Below, piece after piece: positions 36,620 to 49,200 of a DNA stretch of 64,000 nucleotides (its first letter is position 1; every line of letters begins with the position of its first letter). Location of the stretch: positions 795,218 to 859,217 of the forward strand of contig CM119268.1 of assembly GCA_051294375.1 (NCBI GenBank), read 5' to 3'. A program made the translations under genes and the position numbers. Origin of the DNA: Paraspadella gotoi. Lineage: Eukaryota; Animalia; Chaetognatha. Under the pieces are notes generated by a model. It was given only the letters and a program-made list of their open reading frames with translations, was not told the DNA's origin and did not search any database.

Positions 36620-39600
36620 ATGTCGGGTCGACGTGGTCGTCCCCGGTCCGCAGCCCCGCGAGGCGAGGATTACGTTCACATTCAAGGTGAGAAAAGTGGA
36701 TTCACCGATTCGATGTCGATGAATACCTTGAAAAGTCTTAACTTTAGAGATTACATATCAAATTTTAATTTTATACTATATAAAATACTACTATTATACT
36801 ATACTATTATACTATTTAAACAATTTTAGTTGTATCTAAACTGTCGCGATACAGAATACTGTTAATTAAAGTCCTGATTTTCAGGGATACTAGTTAAGAA
36901 ATTTAGAAAACATCCAAGTTAAGCAATTAAATCCCATCCCCACCCTTCCCCATCCCCGCCCCCCTTCCCCAAGCCACACCACCTTCCGCGACACCCGTCG
37001 GGTCCCCGATTCCGGTCGGTCTCATCCAAAACGTCCACGCCTCCGCCCCGGCGCCTCCGCCCATCGCGCCGGCGTCTCTTCAACGCCCTCGGTACAAAGC
37101 GGCGCCGTCTACTCAGTACCGCGCGACGTCGCAGATGAAGTCGGCGCCCGTGACTGTCTCGATGCCACGAGGAGCGGCGCCCGTTGTGGCGTCGGTCGGG
37201 ATGGAATCTCCCAAGTCTGTTCGCCTCGTGGGTCATAACGCGGTGAGGAGAGGGAGAAGGTTGTCTCACTTTAGTTTTGACACAGAATAATTTAATTTTA
37301 ATGTGGGTGTTATAACTATCTTAATTTTAAGTTAGTCAATTGGCTTTAAGAGTTAGCATATAGATTTTAATTTAATCAAGGCTGTTATAATTGACATATT
37401 AACTTTGATAAAATCAATTTGATGTTATAAGTGACAACAATTTTTATTTAATTAACCTTTAATTTAATTAACTTAATAATTTTTATAATTTTAATTCGCC
37501 GATATGATAATTCTTTAACTGTTACTTCGAGATGAGAAAACTTTTATTTTTCCCCAATGAAGTTTTTAATGAAAAATCAGACACGTCTGTCTTATTTTCA
37601 GACCTTCATCAGTGTGAATGACATAAATAAACAGTTTTGCTTTGAAGTAAAAGAGAGAAAGAGAGAGAACAATAGTGTCTTCAACCAAGAATTCAGAACA
37701 GACAGAAACCAAAGAATGTGAAGGGAAATGAAATATGAGTGTGAAATGATATAAGAATCAACTGCTTTTTACAATGTATAACAATTAATGAGGAAATTAC
37801 TTTAAATTTCTATTAAACAAATGTAAAATTAATAAATTAAAGAAAAATAAAAATAGAGGTGAAAGGAAATTAGAATAAAAAAAGAAGCTCAAATTGAGTT
37901 GGCCTCCTCGCCCTTCAAGGGGCTCAATTTGAGCTTTTTTCTTTCTTTAATATAAGCGCTTTTATTCGAATGCAACATGGTTGATTACAAAACGCAATGG
38001 AACTAAGTCTGAAAAAAAATTTAAATAACAATATACAATTCTGCATTGTTTTTATTTCAGAAAAACGGGGACAATACCTTTTAATTACCCTTTAATGTAA
38101 TTTCCTTTCACCACTATTTTTCTTTTTTTTTAATTTAATAATTTTACATTTGTTTAATTGAAATTTAACATGTCTGTGATTTTTCATTAAAAACTTCATT
38201 GTGAAAACGAAAAAAACCTTATCTCGTATTTTAAACCAACGAAAAATGAAAAATATAATAAAACTGTTATTTCAAAGTTTAAAACATTCGGCGATTTTAT
38301 TTAAAAAAAAATTAAATTAGCTTAACTTCCATCTTTCTCTCCAGCTTTCTCAAAATTCGTGGGCTTCTCCCCGCGGCAGCGGCAGCGGCAGCGGCAGTTA
38401 CTCAATTCTCCAGCCGCAGCAGCAGCGACCGCAGCGGTCGCCCTCCGTCTTCGCCCCTCAACAACATCTTCAGCCGCGGGCGCCCGCTCAGCCCAACCGC
38501 AACGGTTACCCTCGAGATTTGGTTCCCCGCACTTCCTATGGGGGTGGCGGCGTGCCCATTGCCGCCCGCCTCTCCTCTCCCCCCGCCTCCACGACGGCTT
38601 CCCGTCACCGCGGAGGAAGTCAAAGGTTTCCCTCTCGACTTCCTCCTCGTAGTCCCAACGCCGTCGCCGTCCACGGACCCATGACGTCCACCCACCAGGC
38701 GCGTTTTTCCCCTGCGGTGTCTCCTCGGGCCACGCCGCCTCAGCAGCCGCCGCAGCGTCCGGCGCCGCCGACATCCTCGGCTCCGCTTCCTCCATCTCGC
38801 GGCGTCGCCCGTCAAGAAGAGGGAGAGATTCTTGGCGTCGAAGATTTGCGTCCGTCGTTCGTTTCGCAACACGGCGCCATCGTCTTGGACGACGACGACG
38901 ACTACGAAGACTTTGAGAGCGACGATGACAACGACGATGTCGAAGACGACAAAGACGACGCCTCTTGGGAACCGACGAAGGCCAAGCCGACGCCCAAATC
39001 CGTCGGTCGTTCAAACAGAGGTCGACCGACCTCCGGCGCGCGTCCGACCGCGACGCCGGACAAGCGGCCCAGTCCATCGAAACGGCGGCGGCCTGATGAC
39101 GAAGCCGCCGTCGCCACGACGCCAAAACCCGCCCCGCTCAAAAAAGTGGTGGCGAAAAAGTCGACGACGAAAAAGGCCAAGGCTACGATCGACGTCGGGC
39201 GACCAGGGCGTCGCGCCGCCGCAACGCGCGTCTCTTACGCGGAGTTTGATGCAGTGGGATTCGACGCGATAGAGTACGACGTAGAGGGCGTCAATGGAGG
39301 AGGAGAAGGAGGTGCTGATGACGACGACGACTACGAACCGGAAGAACGATCGCCGGAGGAAGAGGAGGAGGAAACGCCGGTTAGGGTCAGAAGCGGCGTC
39401 GTAGATCACGCGACCAAACGACCGGCGTCGAGTCAAAAACGCGCTGTTAAGAGGGTGAAGCAGGAGGAGGAAGAAGAAGAAGAGGAGAATAAAGAGGACG
39501 ACGTCAAGTTCTCTCAAAGAAGGAAACCGCCGAAATCGGCCGCCGCCGCCGCCGCGCCGCCGCCACGAAAGGTAAGGAAAGCGGCGGCGGTGGAGGCGGA

Positions 39601-42600
39601 AGAGGATAACGGAATGTTGAACCTGATGCAGCGGGTCATTGGGCAACAGCAAAAGAATAACACGGCATTGCATCAGTTGCTCCTTCAGGCGGGAATGAGC
39701 GGCGCCGCAGGGCCCTCGTCGTCGCCGCCTCCGACGCGGCAGGAAGAGGAACGGCAGCAGCAAAGACTCCTGCGGCAAATGATCCAGACGCAGCAACTCA
39801 TGACGCAAGTCATGTCGCTTCCGGAAGGCGACACCAAAAGCTCCATGCTTCAGCTTTTGCAGCGGCAAATGCTGGAGCTGTCGAGGGGCGCGGCCGGAGA
39901 AGCGGGGACTCGAGGCTCCGCGACGGAGGAATCCGTTTACGCGGAAGAGATGGAGGGAATGAGTTATTACGCGGAGGAAGAGACTTACCAAGAGGTACCT
40001 AACCAAGAGGCCGAAGGGGAGGGGGTCATGTATTTGGATTCGGATGAAGTCGAGGTCGAAGACGAGGTCGACGTCAAAGTAAAGTCGCAGGCGAGTCCGA
40101 CTGCGGCAGCGCCGACAGCAGCTGCGACGGCGACGGCAGCTGCGTCGTTCAAGCAGCAGCCTAGGAAGAAGAGGAGAAAGGGTCGAAGGGGAAAAGCCAA
40201 GTCGACCCCGAGACCCAAGCCTATCCTTGATGATCCGCCGCCTCCAGCCGCCGCCGCCGCCGCCGCCGCCCCCCCCTCTTCAGTCGAACTCTCTCCCGAG
40301 ACGCTCGCCGGCGCCAAACTTCAACTCGTACTGCCCAACGGACGAATCCTCTTCGTGGAGCCGCAAGGGCCGATGCCAGTGACGCTCACGGCTACGGCCG
40401 AGTCTGCCGCCGGCGTCGTGCCCTTGTCGAACGACGCCGAAGCTGGGCGAGCCGAGAAAAATGCCGGAAAGGCGGACGACGAGAAAAGTGACGGAAATAA
40501 ACGGGGACGCAAATTTAAAGGGAAAAAAATAACAAGTTTTGCTGAGAAAGAAAAAGTGGAAGAAGTCGTCGTCTCGTCTTCATCTTCATCTTCACCGGCA
40601 CCGGATCCGTCGATGCCCGATCTTCCGGCGCCGAGAAAGACCAGACAGTCCGCCTCAACCACGACCGAGATGGAATCTCTTCCTAAACAAAAGGAAAAGA
40701 CGCCTCGAAATTCCTCCACGCACGATAGCGCCGGCCCATCGAGCCTTTCTCTCAAAGGGCGCCTCGGTGCTTCGCCGAGCCTTCTGAGCAAAAAGGTGGC
40801 CTCTCTACGACGGCCCGGGCCCGCCTCGGTCAAGAAAGGTCGGGGGAGTCTGCCTGCATCCATCGTCGCGAGAAATTCGGATGAGCGAAGCCGTGAGGAG
40901 TCGTCGTCGTCGTCGAAGACTCGAAGCGGTTTGGAGAGAACCCCGATCGGCGACGACGCTGGAGCTGCTGGAGCCGATTCGAGGATCCGCCGCAGCCTTC
41001 CGCCTAAACTTCTTTCTCGCGACGCCAATGTTCAGTCTCGGCGCATCTCCGCTGCAACGGCGTCAGCGTCGACGTCCATCTTCCGATCTAAGACTTCCGC
41101 TTCTTCTTCCGCCATGGCCATCGCCGACGGGAGCAAGACCAAGCTTCAAGCACTCCTCGCCGCCAGCTTGACCAGCGGCGTCGGAAAAACCGCCATGGCG
41201 GATTCCAGCGCCGCCGAATCTCGCGCCATAAAATCGAGAACGCCATCGTCCGGATCGATGACGAAAAAATCTCCCGGAACCAGTCCGGTCCGTCCCTCGC
41301 GGAGACGAGAGCGATCTGGCGGCGGTGGGCGGACATCGGTGGAGAAGATGTTCGCGGAGGTGGCGGCGACGGCGGCGAAGAAAGAGTTGGAGAGAGAGAA
41401 GCTGAGAGAGAAACTGAGAGAAAAATTGAGGAAAGAAAAAGAAGAGAAAAAAACTTCAATCAAGTCGACTGAAAAGGGTACAGATAAAGCCGCCGCCGAA
41501 AGCCAAACTGCCGTCGCCCCCGCCGGAAAAAAATATACGCCGCCCGACGAAAAACCGCCGCCGGTTTCCGGCAAAAGCGAAGAAAAGAGAAAGCGAAAGG
41601 CGGACAATGACGCGGTCTCAATGATTGGCGCTAAAAAGGCATCTAGTACACCTGACGCCAATGAGAAAGAGGATGGGGCCATTCAGCCGCCCCTGCATAC
41701 TGCGGCGCCGCTGCCCAATGCCGTGTCTTCTCTTGCTGCTGTCCGACCCTTCAATAGATTGAATAAGGTATTAGGCCCCATGTTCGAAGAATGGAGAGAG
41801 AGAGAGAGAGAATGAGAATATGTTCAGATTTAAGAAAGAGAGCAACGCCGTCCGGGAGAACGAATTCAGAAAGAATCGTTTTACTTGGCAAAGAAATATA
41901 TGAAATTGGTACAACCAATATAAAAATTATTAAAAATATGTTATTTCTCTAAACAATTTAATATCTTCTCCTCTCCTCTTTCAGAATACTTCATAATCAG
42001 TGACTAATCAAAGTAATCAATGATTAATCTTATTATCAAACGATTTATCTTTTTTTTGTGACCATGTTTCTAATTTCCTATGGTACTTTTATCAGAACCG
42101 AGTAGTCACAAAAAGAAACACATTATCATTAAGCTTCTGGAGTTTTTATTTCGTTTTGTTAAAGATAAACTTTCTATTTCAATTCCCAACTAAGCTTCCT
42201 CTTTGTTTAAACGCTTTCCCAACCACAATACCCCCCCCTCCCCATTATACCCCCTTCCTTGCCTAAAGACTCCTCCCGCCAAAGGTCGGGCCAAGCATTC
42301 CAATCACGAGTATTGCAACAACTGCGGCTTCGGCGGCGACCTGCTCTGCTGCGACTCCTGCCCCGCCTCCTTCCATCTCGTCTGCCATCTCCCGCCGCTC
42401 AAGCAAGTTCCTCGGGGACATTGGAAGTGTCAACTATGCAGAGTCAACACTCAGAAGAACAAGGTCATTATTGGGAAACTTATTGAAGATTTGTTAAAAT
42501 ACTTAGACACAAACTCAGAAGCAGACCGAGACCAGACTGGATACTCTGATTATTTTTTCTTTTAGGCGTTTCCAGTTAAAATTATTTTTAAATTTCTATA

Positions 42601-45600
42601 AATATTAATATAACTTAATTGTCATCCACAAATAAATATTTTTAGCTGGTTTAGTATTAAGCTTGAAAGATACTCATTTATTTTTTTAAAATCAAGCATA
42701 TCTTTTTTTGTCTGTCTCGCCGTTCTCTATTTTCATTTTCCTTTAACCGTATCGATCCTAAACCGCATCGATCAATCAATCCTCAAATGCATCCATCAAT
42801 CAATTCTCAACCTCATTAATCATTAATCAATCCTCAACCACATCAATCAATTCTCAACCGCATCGATCAATCAATCCTCAACCTCATCAATCAATCACCT
42901 CCACCCTCTTCTCAATCCCCTTGTCAGGCAGAACACGTGAACCACAACTTCTGCCACGTTTGCGCGGACGGAGGCGACCTGCTCTGCTGCGACGTCTGCC
43001 CCGCCGCCTTTCACTTCACTTGCCACAACCCGACCTTGGTCGAGGAGGATTTGCCCGACGGAGTCTGGAAATGTCAATTGTGCTGCGGAAACTTTGAGTT
43101 GGTCAGCAGGACTTTTCTCAGAGGGGGGAATTTGAGGACATTTTTTTTTAAATCACTTTTATGTACTTTAATACTTAAGGGAATGTTTTTTTCAAGCAAT
43201 TTTATAAAAACATTGTACTGTTATATATTATATTATATTATTCACACCGCCTCACATCCACCATCGTTCTGCCAATCTTTTTGGCTCAGAGGGGTAACGC
43301 ACCATCCCAAGCGTTGCGTTCCATCCACTATCCTAACGACATCTGTGTTGGCAAAGCGAGACCGTCCCAGGGTAACCGCGCCAGTGGCAGGCAGCGCCAC
43401 TGAGGGTTGGAAGCCCCTAAAGCCAACAGTGAGATGGTCCATCCTAATGGGCAACACAGGCAACCCGGCTGTTGATGGGAAAGCTGAGTGCTTAGGGAGT
43501 TTGTAAACTATGAGAGTCTTGATTAAAGGCTATCGTCCGTTTGTTTTAAGTCAGGGGTTAGTTTATTTATTAAATTAATTGGTTGTAATCATTTCATATC
43601 TTTTCTTCTTTCAGACGAAAATTGCCCTGGCTCCGATTCCCGCTTTGCCTCTCTTGCCACCTGTGTTGGATGGAACCGTGGGAAGCCCGCCTTCTCTGCC
43701 GCAATCCAAGAACTCCTCCGGCCCTGCTCCAAAGGCTAAAGCAGGTCCTGCCTCTTCAAAGTCGAAAGCTAAATCTCCTGACCGTGAATCAACTGTTAAA
43801 GACCTTGCAGACTCAATGAGCGCAGCGCCTGCTTCATTAAAAAGAAGAGCAGGGCCTGCCTCTTTAAAAGAAAAAGCAGGGCCCGTCTCTTCAAAAGAAA
43901 AAGCTTGGCTCGCCTCTTCAAAAGAAAAAGCAGGGCCCGCCTCTTCAAAAGAAAAACAGGGCCCGTCTCTTCAAAAGAAAAAGCAGGGCCCGCCTCTTCA
44001 AAAGAAAAAGCAGGGCCCGCCTCTTCAAAAGAAAAAGCAGGGCCGCCTCTTCAAAAGAAAAAGCAGGGCCCGCCTCTTCAAAAGAAAAAGCAGGGCCCGC
44101 CTCTTCAAAAGAAAAAGCAGGGCCCGCCTCTTCAAAGAAAAAAGCAGGGCCCGCCTCTTCAAAAGAAAAAGCAGGGCCCGCCTCTTCAAAAGAAAAAGCA
44201 GGGCCCAACTCTTCAAAAGAAAAAGCAGGGCCCACCTCTTCAAAAGAGAAAGCAGGGCCCACCTCTTCAAAAGAGAAAGCAGGGCCCGCCTCTTCAAAAG
44301 AGAAAGCAGGGCCTGCCTCTTCAAGAGAAAAAGCAGGGCCCGCCTCCTCAAAAGAACGAGCAGGGCTCGCCTCTTCAAAAAAAACTCCAGCGATCTTTGC
44401 ATCATCCAAAACCCGTGCTGGCCCCGCATCTTCAAAGAGGGCCGCGAAGCCTGCGTCCTCACAAAGTGGATCCGAGTCCACCTCATCGAAAATCACCGCC
44501 AGTCCCACCCATTTTGCCTCCATCGATTCCATTTCTACGCCGACTTCCTCGAAGGCCAAGACCGGCGCCGTCTCTCCCATAGCGGCGTCGACGAGGGCGA
44601 AACGGAGGTGAGTCGGCGAGAAGAAATAATTGTAGAATATTTAATGTATATTATTTACTATTGGATTATCGCGATTGATATTCATTAGTTTATCTCCCAT
44701 GATAATTTTCTTTTTGATATGTTGCTTCGCTTTATCAATCAGATTGATTACCTGCGATGCAATGTTTGACGAGAGAGATTGTACGAAGTAGTAGTCGGTC
44801 AAGACACGTTCGTTCTTCGCTCGCTCATTGATGCATTCATTCATTCTCTTTTCTCTCTTCTCAGTTCTCCCAAGCCCACCATCTCAAGACCCTCTCCTTC
44901 CCCTTCTGCTGATTCCATTCGGTCGAGACGCTCGACCAGTCGCGCCACGCCGCTCCAGGATCCTCCACCGCCCGCTTCTCCAGCCTTGAAGGCACGTTCC
45001 GTCTCGACCTCTTCCCCCTCGGACAGACCGACGAAGCCCCTTCACCGCCTCTATTACGGATTCGTGGAGGGAAAGGCGAGACGAGCGGACGTGCCCGATG
45101 GGCGGGCGACGACCGACTTGGCCTGCCCCGAGCCCAAATGTCCGGAGATTCTTTACGACAACCTGGCAGTGAGTTTATTTTTTGGAGTTGTCTATTTGTT
45201 TCCCTCTCTTTTCCCTCGTGAACTTGCCCTCCCTCTCTTTCCCCCTTCTCTCCTCTCCTCCCGTCCCTCTCCTAAACCTGTCCTCCCTTTTCTATCCCTC
45301 ACTCTTATCTCCTTCCTCTCACTCTCCTCCTCCTCCTCCTCCTCCTTCACCAGTTAATGCGTCATCTTCACGATCACGTGACCCTCTCTGCTTTCGGCGT
45401 CGACGCGGACTTGTTCGCCTCCGTCTCTCGTTGCTCTCAATGTTTTCATCCTTTCGCTTCTCGATTCGAAATGAGGAATCATTTCGACGAGAAGCATCCG
45501 ACGGGCGGCGGCGGAAGGAGAGTTAATAGGTGAGTTTTGGGTTTGTTGGGGGGTTGCGGTCTTGCGGGAAGGGAGGTTGGCGGGTGGGGGAAGGTCCAGA

Positions 45601-48600
45601 TTAAGGTCTGCTTGGAACACCCCCCACGTCTCGAAGAAATAAAGAGAGCGCCGCAGATTAGGTAGTTCGGGTTGGGCGCACAGGCGCTGAAAAAGTGAGA
45701 TTGGTTGAGGCCGGAAAACGTGGTCTGATAAGCTTTTCGTAATGTCGTTTCATTATTTCATGTCTCGTCGTACAGTATTTTTACAAACCTATTTTTTAAA
45801 CAAAAAAGAAAGCTGAATTTTTTTTAGTCTCTCTCGTCGGGATCAACTCGAGGAAAATCGATAATTGCGTACTGGCTCCTTTCCTTTCTTCTCCCGCTTT
45901 CTTTCAGTTTCTTCTTTTCTTTTCTTTCTTTCTTTTTTCCTTTCTTCCTTCCTTCCTTCCTTCCTTTCTAATTGCATACTGGCTCCTTCCCTCTCTTCTC
46001 CCGCTTTCTTTCAGTTTCTTCTTTTTTCTTTCTTATTCTCCTTTCCCCTCCTTTACTCTCATTCATCCTCCCTTCTCTCCATCTTCTAATCCCTTCCCAA
46101 TGTCTCCATCCTTTCCACCCCAACCCCCGCCCCCCCCTTCTTTCCATTTCAGATGCAAGATCTGCGATAAGGAAGTGGAGAACGAGGCTAAGCTCGGGCT
46201 TCACGTCCGGAAGACCCACGTACGAGACGAGATGCCCTACGGTTGCCCGGTCTGCGGATATCGGGCTTCCATCTTCCATCTGGTCATCGATCACTTTCTC
46301 TCCAAGCACGCGGGTTGGTTGGGGGCGGAGAGGGAGGGAATGGAATCCTTTTATAATTGAGTCATGAAGATTATCTAACTTTGATTGTAAAGTTTTTTGG
46401 TGGTATAATCACACCGCCTCACTTTCAGTTTCATTCGGCCAATCCAATTATATATCACTTAATTTATTGTTATTATTATTATTGGGTTTCTCGACGTTCT
46501 TCTTTCTTTTTCAGGCGACCCTTGGGCCCTTTGTCCCGTCTGTCTCGAAGGATTGAACTCTCTTCATCGCCCGACTCACCGCCGCAGCGTCGCCCGCCGC
46601 CGCCGCTTTATTCGCCACCTGCAGCAGCACGCGAAGCGAAAGCGGCACAAGTGTGGCAAGTGTCGCCTCAACTACTTCGCAGGCGCCGCGTTGGCCGAAC
46701 ATGCGGAGGAGGGGCACGTCACTTACTCGGGTAGAGAGAGTGGGAGAGAAAAGTGAGTGCGGGAGAGAAAGAGAAAGAGCGCGAAATCTGTTCACTTTTT
46801 CGAACTCAATAATTGACCAATTGGCGGGTTACTTGGTTTTTCAGGCGACGTGGTTCATCTTCCGCCGAACGGACCAGACGATTCCATCTTGGTTCCGGTA
46901 GACGACGACGACGACGACGAGGAAGTCGGGAAGGCAAAGAAGATAAAGGTTTGACTAATCAACGCGAGCGCCTCTAGTGTCAAGTCTTCTTACCTTTTAT
47001 CTCCAAGCTTTTTCCCCTTTTTTCGATCATCCTTTTCAATATAAATTTTAAAATATATAAGTGTATATCAATATATAAAAATTCATTTATTATAAGTTAT
47101 GGTGGGCGCCATCCTTCTTACTTTTGAATAGGACACGAAAAGAACCCCGGACCTTTGGGTTACCGTCGGGTGTGAAGGGAGGGTGGATTTTAAACCAACT
47201 GACTATGCACATATTAACATAATAACATTTCTCGATCCTGCCGGCTTTTAATCAATTACCTTATTTATTATTTAAACTCTTTATTTCATCTTTCCCTTGT
47301 TTTCCCCCCAATTTCTTCTCCAGTCTCCCGGGTTTTCCTCGCGCCATCTCGCCTCGACGCGAGACTTCTCCCTGACTCTCGGCGCCGTAACGCCGTCTTC
47401 GGGCGACGCCGTGTCCAGCGCCGGCGCCGCGGTGTCGTGTTTGGAGTGCGAGAGGCCGATGCCTCAACCCGGCCATTTCCGCTCAACCGGCGCCGTTTGC
47501 GATCGGTGAGGAAAGAGGGACGAAAGTGGGACAAAGAGTCGCTTTCTCTCCTTTCACTTCTTTCTTTCTTCCTCCCCCTTTTTCCCTTTTCCCTTTACTT
47601 TTTTCTCTTCCCTATTTCCCTTATCGTCCTTCCTCCCCCTCTTCTTCCTCCCCTTCCTCCCCTTCTTCCCCCCATCCCATCTCTTCCTCCAGATGTCGTT
47701 TCTCGACGAGTTGCAGCTTCGCCTTCACCAAACATCTTCTTTACTTCCACTCGAACGAGGAGGAGGAGGGAGTCGCCGACCGCCGCTTGCCAGGTCCGAG
47801 GGAGAGATAATTAATTAATAAATATTTTTTTAATCATCTTTAACTACGGTACATAGTACATAATTCCTCTTTCAACTTACTATGTCTAAGGTTTATTAAC
47901 AGAGCTTTTGGCTTATTGATTATTAAAATAATAATAACAGTTATTAAGTATTACAGAACATAAAAACGTTTAAAACGTCTCTTTGATGCTGAGTCCAACT
48001 TCTGAAGGACATAGAGAGTGACGCCCTTGGTGGCCATATACCATTTTCAGGTCGACGCCGACTCGAGTGTCAATCCTGTTTCCACGAGTCCGACTTCCCC
48101 TCCTCTATGGCCGAGCATCTCGTCGGCCACGCCCACTCATCCTGCGTCGTCATGGCGACGGAAGGCGTTACCTCCGCGCGGGCGAAGACGCGTCCGGGTC
48201 CCGCGTGCAAGACGGTGGCGAAGTGTGACGAGTTGAAGGATGTCGAGGTAGTTGTGGAGCCGGGCGGGGAGAGGGGGGGGGAGTGGGACGAAAGAGAAAG
48301 TAGTTTATAGTCGCGGCTTCAATTTTGACCTTTAAATCGGCATCAACTCTAATGTTAGGCGATGAGGTATTGCGATTGGGAAGACTCCTCCGCCGTCGAG
48401 GACGATAGGAACGTGGATAGAACTGTCGACGACGCTGAAGCCGCCGCCGCAGTAACAATTGAAAACGCTGGCGACCCTGTATCACGCGAAGTCCTGGATA
48501 ACGAGAAAGTGGAACAATTCTTGGTCACTGAATCTGCGACGAGCAATGATTTGGTCGGTGCTGGCGACGACGACGACGACCGGGAGAAAGATGAAGAAGA

Positions 48601-49200
48601 AGAAGAAGAAGATGACGACGAGGATGAAGACGAAGAAGACGACGACGAGCAAGATGCTGAATCTATCGAGGCTGCGAAGACCGCAGGCGAGTTGAGGGTC
48701 GAGAATAGGATTTTGAGGAAGAAGAAGAACCAACTCACGCCCAACAACAAAAACAACCTTTCTCTCTCTCTCTCTCTCTCTCTCACAAACACGCACATCT
48801 TTTGACTTTCTGTTGTCATTTCTCTTCACAGATCCTCAACTCTCCTCGTTTTCCGCGCCGCTCGAAGAAGCCGTCAGGGACGTCGACCAGCTCGCCGCCA
48901 GTGTGGCCGCCGTCGACCCCGTCGCCGCTTTTACGAAGCCCTTTGGCGAGACGGACGCCCGCGACGGACCCTTCGAGGGATCGGCGATGATCCAGGAGGC
49001 AGGAACGGATCTGTTCGGAGGAGGAAGAAGACGACGACGATGACGACGACGATGACGAAGATGATGACGATGACGAAGAAGACGACGACGAAGACCAACC
49101 ATCCCTCGACAAACACGAAGCCCTTTACCCTGATTCTGAACACCTCCCTGGTCCCTACAGACACAATCGAGAGCTGAACGGGGACAAGCATCGGAATTGA
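36620..49200 (+). CDS. POGZ: POGZ/ZNF280/Row-like C2H2 zinc-finger chromatin protein with AT-hook and two PHD fingers
   Basis: Exon 1 MSGRRGRPRS (AT-hook). Long low-complexity exon 38345-41767. PHD exons 42269-42463 and 42928-43101. Then LYYG...CPEPKC, CSQCF, CKICD...HVRKTHVRDEMPYGCPVCGYRAS...HF, LCPVCL, HKCGKCRLNY, CLEC...HF...CDRCRFSTSCSFAFTKH and LECQSC...MAEHLV, collinear with the POGZ/ZNF280 finger cluster. Acidic tail, no pogo transposase. Three apparent 1-bp frameshifts (~43957, ~44042, ~49020). The symbol denotes family, not proven orthology. Confidence 0.85.
37525..38230. mobile_element. Foldback Penelope-like remnant with a degenerate hammerhead
   Basis: 37527-37590 is inverted at ~38168-38227; 37800-37872 is inverted at ~38095-38168; central hairpin GCTCAAATTGAG/CTCAATTTGAGC; CTGATGA box on the minus strand at ~37606-37612. 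Confidence 0.55.
43848..44380 (+). repeat. Coding 27-bp minisatellite (GCAGGGCCCGCCTCTTCAAAAGAAAAA = AGPASSKEK)
   Basis: About 19 tandem copies inside exon 43615-44607. Confidence 0.92.

Noticed and set aside
38322-41682. Long antisense and alternate-frame ORFs over the 1098-aa ORF
   Set aside because: Shadow ORFs expected from GC-rich low-complexity coding sequence; no domain motifs.
43950-49025. Programmed frameshifting in the POGZ-like gene
   Set aside because: The shifts lie in tandem or simple repeats and the assembly shows many 1-bp indels elsewhere; sequencing error is more likely.
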